Of a DNA stretch of 64,000 nt, positions 58,361 through 64,000 are shown piece by piece. Position 1 is the first letter of the stretch; every line of letters starts with the position of its first letter. A program made the position numbers and the translations under genes. Location: contig CAWBAT010000004.1 of NCBI GenBank assembly GCA_963786955.1, positions 256,001-320,000 of the forward strand, given 5' to 3'. Below the pieces are notes generated by a model. That model worked only from the letters and a program-made list of their open reading frames with translations. It searched no databases and was not told the origin of the DNA. This DNA is from an uncultured Acidimicrobiia bacterium (lineage in GTDB: Bacteria; Acidobacteriota; Terriglobia; Versatilivoradales; Versatilivoraceae).

Positions 58361-58519
58361 CGGAAATGTCCAATCTCCAGAGACAGCAGCTTTAAGCCTC
58401 TGTCAAGTCACCTGAAATTTTTGCTTAGTAGGATCGACGTTCGACCTTATCATAGGGGCGACTGAACATCGAGTCGTGTCTTTCACTAGTGTTTGCTTTG
58501 CCAAGGGGTTCAACCAAAG

Positions 58520-59497
58520 ATGAAAAAGATTTTAATCACAGGAGGGGCTGGTTATGTGGGCTCCCACACGGTCAAGGAGCTTTTGAAACTCGGCTACTCC
58601 ACTGTCGTCTTGGATAACTTGATCCATGGGCACCGCGAATTAGTCCAGGGCGGTGAACTCGTGGTAGGAGATCTGCAGGATAGTGCCTTACTCCAAGATA
58701 TCTTCTCACGACACTCCATCGACGCCGTCACACACTTTGCCGCTTTTGCCTATGTGGGCGAATCGGTCACTGACCCGGGCAAATACTACCGCAATAATGT
58801 GTGCGGCACGTTGAACCTCGTCGAAGCGATGCTTAAGGCGGGAGTCAGCCAGATGATCTTCTCGTCAACCTGTGCCACCTATGGGCATCCTCAGGAAATT
58901 CCAATCACTGAGAAGCACTTGCAGAATCCCATTAACCCTTATGGAAACTCCAAACTCATGGTGGAGCAGATTCTCCGTGATTTTGGAAATTCACATGGCC
59001 TAAAATCAGTCATCTTTCGCTATTTCAATGCGGCCGGTGCAGACCCCGAAAACCAAATTGGGGAGTGGCACGACCCAGAAACGCATCTCATTCCATTGGT
59101 GCTGGATGTGGCCGCAGAAAGAAAAGAAGCAGTCCAGATTTTTGGAACTGATTATGATACCTTTGACGGGACATGTGTTCGGGATTACATCCATGTGACC
59201 GATTTGGCCAGTGCTCACATACTCGGGTTGAGGCATTTGGAGGCCGAACGGGGCAGCGAGATTTTTAACTTGGGAAATGGTCAGGGATACTCAGTTTGGC
59301 AAGTCATCGAATGCGCCGAGAAGATAACGGGGAAAAGAATCGAGGCGCAACGATCTCCCCGGCGTTCGGGGGATCCTGCGGTGCTGGTGGGAAGTTCCGA
59401 AAAAGCTCAGAAGATTTTAGGGTGGAAAACTCGATTCCCTAGGCTGGAAGACATCATCGGCACGGCTTGGAAATGGCACCAAAAAGCAAAAGAATAA
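58520..59497 (+). CDS. galE: UDP-glucose 4-epimerase
   Basis: TGGAGYVGSH, HFAA, YGNSK, RYFNAAGA, DGTCVRDYIHV. Confidence 0.95.
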   Translation: MKKILITGGAGYVGSHTVKELLKLGYSTVVLDNLIHGHRELVQGGELVVGDLQDSALLQDIFSRHSIDAVTHFAAFAYVGESVTDPGKYYRNNVCGTLNLVEAMLKAGVSQMIFSSTCATYGHPQEIPITEKHLQNPINPYGNSKLMVEQILRDFGNSHGLKSVIFRYFNAAGADPENQIGEWHDPETHLIPLVLDVAAERKEAVQIFGTDYDTFDGTCVRDYIHVTDLASAHILGLRHLEAERGSEIFNLGNGQGYSVWQVIECAEKITGKRIEAQRSPRRSGDPAVLVGSSEKAQKILGWKTRFPRLEDIIGTAWKWHQKAKE

Positions 59498-59720
59498 AGC
59501 CGTCAGATGATGATAGAAAATTCAGAAGCAGGTTTGATAAGATAGCAACGAGTCTTGGCACTTCTGTGTTTCTTCCCTGCAACGGGTACATACTCCATTC
59601 CACTATTTTTGAGGGATATACAGGTGAGATCATCAGGGTAGCTACAAGAGACAGTCACGTAACTTCATCGTGTCAACGGCACAGAGTTTATATCATCGCG
59701 ATTGAAAGGATGGAACGCTC

Positions 59721-60494
59721 ATGGAAAGAATCTGTTTAGTTCTTGTTTTCCTCTTTCTCCTGACACCTGCTTACTCGGCGGAACTAACACCTCCCACGGC
59801 TCAGATCTCGGCTGCATCCACCCAGATCACGGTTCCAACATCGGCCAATACACCTGGGGCCCTCGGGGGCATCTTCAAGACAAAGCTCGTCCTATTCAAT
59901 CCGTCGCTCTTCACCTATCCCATTCAAGTGACACTCTATGGTATCAACGGACCGGTTAGTCAAAAGACAATCAACATGTCTGCGGGCCAAATTCGAAATT
60001 ATGAAAACTTTCTTGAAGAGGTATTTGCATACACTGGGGCAGGCGCCGTGAATTTTGACAGCCTGACAATTCCCGGCGGTAGTCCCAATTACAGATTCCT
60101 AGTGAATTCAGAAGTTTATATCGATGGGCCGAGCGGGAGATTCAAAACAGTGGTCATGACCGGAACCCCTTTGGATCCGGTTTCGCCTGGTGTCAATGCC
60201 TACAGTACCGGCATCACTCAAGACTCATCTAACCGCGTCAATATTGGATGCTTTAACGCGTCATCCCTCGCTAACATAATCGTGGCCGAAGTCTATGATT
60301 CCTCGAATCAGTTAGTAAAAACCGTTTCGATTACTCTCTCAGGGGGAAGCTGGGGTCAAGTACCGCTCGGTACCAGTGTCACTGGGGGCTATATTTCCTG
60401 GAAGCCTAGTACGATCGCCTACTGCTATGCAGTTGTGGTGAACAACACCTCAAATGATGGCAGCTTTATTCCCGCAGCCAACTACAACCCCTAG
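59721..60494 (+). CDS. Secreted hypothetical protein
   Basis: Signal peptide; beta-rich, ANTPGALGGIFKT..LFNP, RVNIG, VVNNTSNDG; function unknown. Confidence 0.75.
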   Translation: MERICLVLVFLFLLTPAYSAELTPPTAQISAASTQITVPTSANTPGALGGIFKTKLVLFNPSLFTYPIQVTLYGINGPVSQKTINMSAGQIRNYENFLEEVFAYTGAGAVNFDSLTIPGGSPNYRFLVNSEVYIDGPSGRFKTVVMTGTPLDPVSPGVNAYSTGITQDSSNRVNIGCFNASSLANIIVAEVYDSSNQLVKTVSITLSGGSWGQVPLGTSVTGGYISWKPSTIAYCYAVVVNNTSNDGSFIPAANYNP

Positions 60495-60644
60495 CGCTCC
60501 GACCCGACCAGCTCGTCACCCATTTGAATCTAAATGGTACAGGCAATCCCGCCCTGCCAAACGCAAATCTGCAAAATCAAGAGCTGCCGTTCTTGTGCGC
60601 CTTCCGACCTGCACCGGAGCGCTCGCTCCACTCTGTTGCTGACA

Positions 60645-62246
60645 TCACCAGAGCCAGGCATAGAGGCCTACCGTTACGCCTGAGAGGATGGCCAGGTGTA
60701 AGCGCCAGTCCGAAAGTCCCGCAAAAGGTTCCATCTTTGCATCCCAATGAATCGTGGTTTTTTCCAGTTTCTCTGGGGCTGTCTTCTCGGTAAAGGTGGA
60801 GACTATAAACAGAGTGGCAATGATGATCAGCGTTCCCCACAAGCCGCGAAAAGAGTAGTTCAGCGTTAGACTGTTGTGGATCCACGGAAACCAGCGCTTG
60901 CCGGCCTCCACTCCCATCCATTGATCGGAAACAAAGATGGCAGCCATGACTGCACCCACTAGAACAGAAGCGATCGCTCCTTTGAAAGTCACTTTCTTAC
61001 TCAAGATTCCAAAAAAAATCGCCGGCATGACCGGCATCACGAGATAAATCGAAATGGTCTGCAGATATTTGTAAAGTCCTTCCGGCGTGATATAGACGAG
61101 GTAAGCAGCTCCAATGCCAAGGATTGTCCCTCCCATGATGGCCACCCGGCCGATGACCACTTGCGCTCTCTCAGTAGTTTTCGGTCGGAGGCGGACGACA
61201 AAATCCCTGACTGTCAAGGTAGATATGGAATTCATCACGGCGTCGAGCGACGAGATCAATGCCGCCAGTAGAGCCGAGAGAACCAGTCCTCTTAACCCGC
61301 TCGGCATGAGATCATTCAAAAGAGTGACGAACGTTAATTTGGGTTCGCGTCCGGGGAAAAGGGCCAATGCAATCACACCCGGCAAAGCGAAAATGAAAAC
61401 CGGAGTCAATTTCAGCAGGACGGCAAACATAGCTCCCCAACGCGCCTGATCCAAATCCTTTGCTCCAAGAACGCGCTGGACGTTGACTTGATCAATCCCC
61501 CAGTAAAAAGTGCCTCCATAAGCCGCGGCGGCCATGACTCCCCAGAAAGGATAATTTGGATCGGTATGGGGCTTCGCGATCCGGACGGCCTCTGGCACCA
61601 TACGGGCTAACTCGTGCCAGCCTCCCACTCTGTCCAGCCCCAGATAGAGCATTATGCCGCAGCCGACAATCATAATGGTGGTCTGAATCGTGTCGGTATA
61701 AGCGATGGCCGCGAATCCGCCTTTCATCGTAAACAATGCGGTGAGGATACCAATCACCATCACGACCGCCATCACATTCCAACCCAAGAGGCTGTTCATG
61801 ACCAAAGCTCCGGCATAGAGTGTAAAGGCCATCTTCGTCACCACACAAATCAATAACATGAGCCCCGAAAAGAAGACCCGGCAGATGGGGTGGTAACGGA
61901 TCTCAAGGAATTCAGGAATCGTGAAGACGCGGTTCTTGATGTAGTACGGAAAAAGCACGGCCGCTCCAACCCCAAGGCACAGGGCAGTGGTTAATTCGAT
62001 CGTACCGGCACAAAGCCCGTAGCGGTAAGCATCACCGGAGAGTCCGACGAGGTGTTCAGCACCGATGTTCGTCGCGTAGAGAGACGCCCCGATGACCGGC
62101 CAAGTCAGTTGGCGCCCAGCCAGAAAGAAATTGGCGCTCGAAGCGCCCGCTTGAATGCGGGAAGCAACAAATAATCCCAGAACAATGCTGCCGCCCAGAG
62201 TGGATAAACAGACGATCCAGTCAAGAGGAGTGAGTGAAAGATTCAT
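60645..62246 (-). CDS. Sodium:solute symporter (sugar-type)
   Basis: FFLAGR, SLYATNIGAEHLVG, TIPEFLE.RY, DQVNVQRVL. Confidence 0.92.
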   Translation of the reverse strand: MNLSLTPLDWIVCLSTLGGSIVLGLFVASRIQAGASSANFFLAGRQLTWPVIGASLYATNIGAEHLVGLSGDAYRYGLCAGTIELTTALCLGVGAAVLFPYYIKNRVFTIPEFLEIRYHPICRVFFSGLMLLICVVTKMAFTLYAGALVMNSLLGWNVMAVVMVIGILTALFTMKGGFAAIAYTDTIQTTIMIVGCGIMLYLGLDRVGGWHELARMVPEAVRIAKPHTDPNYPFWGVMAAAAYGGTFYWGIDQVNVQRVLGAKDLDQARWGAMFAVLLKLTPVFIFALPGVIALALFPGREPKLTFVTLLNDLMPSGLRGLVLSALLAALISSLDAVMNSISTLTVRDFVVRLRPKTTERAQVVIGRVAIMGGTILGIGAAYLVYITPEGLYKYLQTISIYLVMPVMPAIFFGILSKKVTFKGAIASVLVGAVMAAIFVSDQWMGVEAGKRWFPWIHNSLTLNYSFRGLWGTLIIIATLFIVSTFTEKTAPEKLEKTTIHWDAKMEPFAGLSDWRLHLAILSGVTVGLYAWLW

Positions 62247-62612
62247 TTCACCAAACCAAGAAATTGGAATTACTTATGGGAAAAAACCATAGTGCAGGAG
62301 GTCGGAAGAAGGGAAAGTTGTTTCCTTGAAAGATAGCGCTTTGACGCCAGAAGCTACGAAAAACGAACTTTTCCCAACAGCGTGAAGTCTAGCAATAGAT
62401 GCGATGATGTCAAGGTTACAAATGCTTCTGGCAAATTTTCGTCTTTTTCCATCAGGAGAAGCTGCGTTGAACATTTCCCCTGTTCCGAGAACTGGAAACT
62501 TGGCTTTCGCTCCCCCATCTTTCGCTAATTGCCATCCGGGAAAAACCAGGGGCGGACAGCATTCTCTCGGGAATGGAAAATGATCATCCGTCAGGAAACC
62601 CCCTCAAGCGTA

Positions 62613-64000
62613 CTAATCCGTGATCCAATCTTCCGGCAGGAGATCAGTCTCTTTAATTTGGAACAGCATCCATAATGTCGTGATCGGGACCAGAGGCATC
62701 AGGAGCCTTGTCAAAGAGAGGGGGATTATTTGTTCCATTTGCCAAGGGGTGACGATGTAGATCAGAACGATGAAAACCCCATAGAAGAAAGCAATCCAGA
62801 GAAAAACCGAGTGGGGCCCTCGGAGTGCCCGTGCCGGAGAAAAGCAGAAGACAAACGCTAGACACACACCTAGCAAACTCCAGAGATGAGGTTTTAGAAA
62901 AAACTCTCTCAGAAACGAAGGGACGATGTAAGCGAGTCTCTCCATCCCGGCAGCAATATGGGGGAGCGTGAGCAGAGAGAAGTAATCCTCCTCAATCTGG
63001 GGCAGTCGCAACCGGTAATGATACCAGGGTGCCAGAGCCAGTAGCGAACATAGAGATAAGATGCTGGCATACTTCAACTGGAACTGCCGATCTCTCAAGC
63101 CATTGGTCCTGAAAAAAGTAATACAGAAGAGGGTAATTCCAACCAACGGCAAGCCTTCATTTTTTGTAAAGAGCGCAAAGATTGCAAAAAACACTGCGAT
63201 TACAAAATCACTTCGTTTCCTCTCGGACGCCCATTTGAAGAGAGAAACGGCAAAAACCGTGAAACAGTAAGCGAGCGGGACATCGCTATATCCGCTGGCC
63301 GCTCCACCATTCACATAGATTGTAAAGGCCGGCAAACTCGAAAGGAATGCTGTACCGAACAAGGAATAGCTCCTTCCAAAAAATCTCCGCAAGCTCGCAT
63401 AAAAGAAAACAGCGAGCGAGAGAAAGAATAAGGGGTAGAGCACCTTCACCGCGTGTTCATCGATTCTACCGCCCCATTGATAAATGAAACTCTGAGCAAG
63501 CGGTAAGGCCAGAGGGTATTGATGCTTGGCATGCAAGCGGGCCGGGTCAAGGAATGCATCCCCGTAAATTTGGTGTTCTGTGAAAAGGAGTTTAGCCTTC
63601 ATCCCCCAGATCGCTCTTGCATCAAATCCAAGAATAGGATTGCTAATAGCATCCAAAAAGATCAGCAGCGAGGAAGCTACAATGATTAGCAAAAAACCGA
63701 TTTCGAGACCATTCAAGCGCTGCTTTTTGCTTCCATTTCTACTAAGACCGCCAACCTGTACTCTTTCACGCCCCAAAAACAAACTTAGACTGAAGAGGCC
63801 CAGGAATAATCCTGAAAGAAGAAGCCGTACCCGCACGCTATCCAGGGGGATATGGCAATAGGCTAGGTAAAAGAGCCCAAGGCTCAAGAATCCGAGCCCG
63901 ATGCCGAATGCCAAGGACAAGATTTCCAGGGTCGTCAGCTCAGGTCGATTGCGGGTGATACAGCGAAGGGTGAGAATCCCCGAAGCCATAATGAGCGAGA
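62613..64000 (-). CDS. Membrane GT-C-type glycosyltransferase-like protein, 5' end outside window
   Basis: DARAIWGMKAK, YP...P, YSDVP, TKNEG; polytopic membrane protein. Confidence 0.7.
   Translation of the reverse strand, partial: SLIMASGILTLRCITRNRPELTTLEILSLAFGIGLGFLSLGLFYLAYCHIPLDSVRVRLLLSGLFLGLFSLSLFLGRERVQVGGLSRNGSKKQRLNGLEIGFLLIIVASSLLIFLDAISNPILGFDARAIWGMKAKLLFTEHQIYGDAFLDPARLHAKHQYPLALPLAQSFIYQWGGRIDEHAVKVLYPLFFLSLAVFFYASLRRFFGRSYSLFGTAFLSSLPAFTIYVNGGAASGYSDVPLAYCFTVFAVSLFKWASERKRSDFVIAVFFAIFALFTKNEGLPLVGITLFCITFFRTNGLRDRQFQLKYASILSLCSLLALAPWYHYRLRLPQIEEDYFSLLTLPHIAAGMERLAYIVPSFLREFFLKPHLWSLLGVCLAFVFCFSPARALRGPHSVFLWIAFFYGVFIVLIYIVTPWQMEQIIPLSLTRLLMPLVPITTLWMLFQIKETDLLPEDWITD

Overview
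Bacterial chromosomal window; gene content and order suggest an Acidobacteriota-like genome (inference, not verified). Intact core genes lie on both sides: galU, an APC permease, an aldehyde dehydrogenase, pilB-pilT-pilC-pilS-pilR, an NtrY/NtrX-like pair, MrfA/MrfB-type helicase and exonuclease, an S9 peptidase, a UroD-like enzyme, GH28, a TetR-RND-TolC efflux operon, TerC and CDF transporters, an M20 amidohydrolase, araD-isomerase-araB, a GH29 fucosidase, transketolase, a putative nucleotidyltransferase TA pair, galE, an SSS symporter and a GT-C protein. The main accessory feature is a chromosomal integron at about 33.9-42.7 kb: a truncated intI, an attI whose crossover reads ATT instead of GTT, and 12 cassettes delimited by heterogeneous attC sites read by eye. 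The two attI-proximal cassettes look like candidate anti-phage cargo: an unknown protein, and a two-gene HNH + Mrr cassette. Six cassette genes carry single-base frameshifts, which could be decay or sequencing error. Two inverted copies of a REP-carrying MITE bracket the efflux operon, and one sits next to the broken intI. No rRNA, tRNA or CRISPR array was seen.
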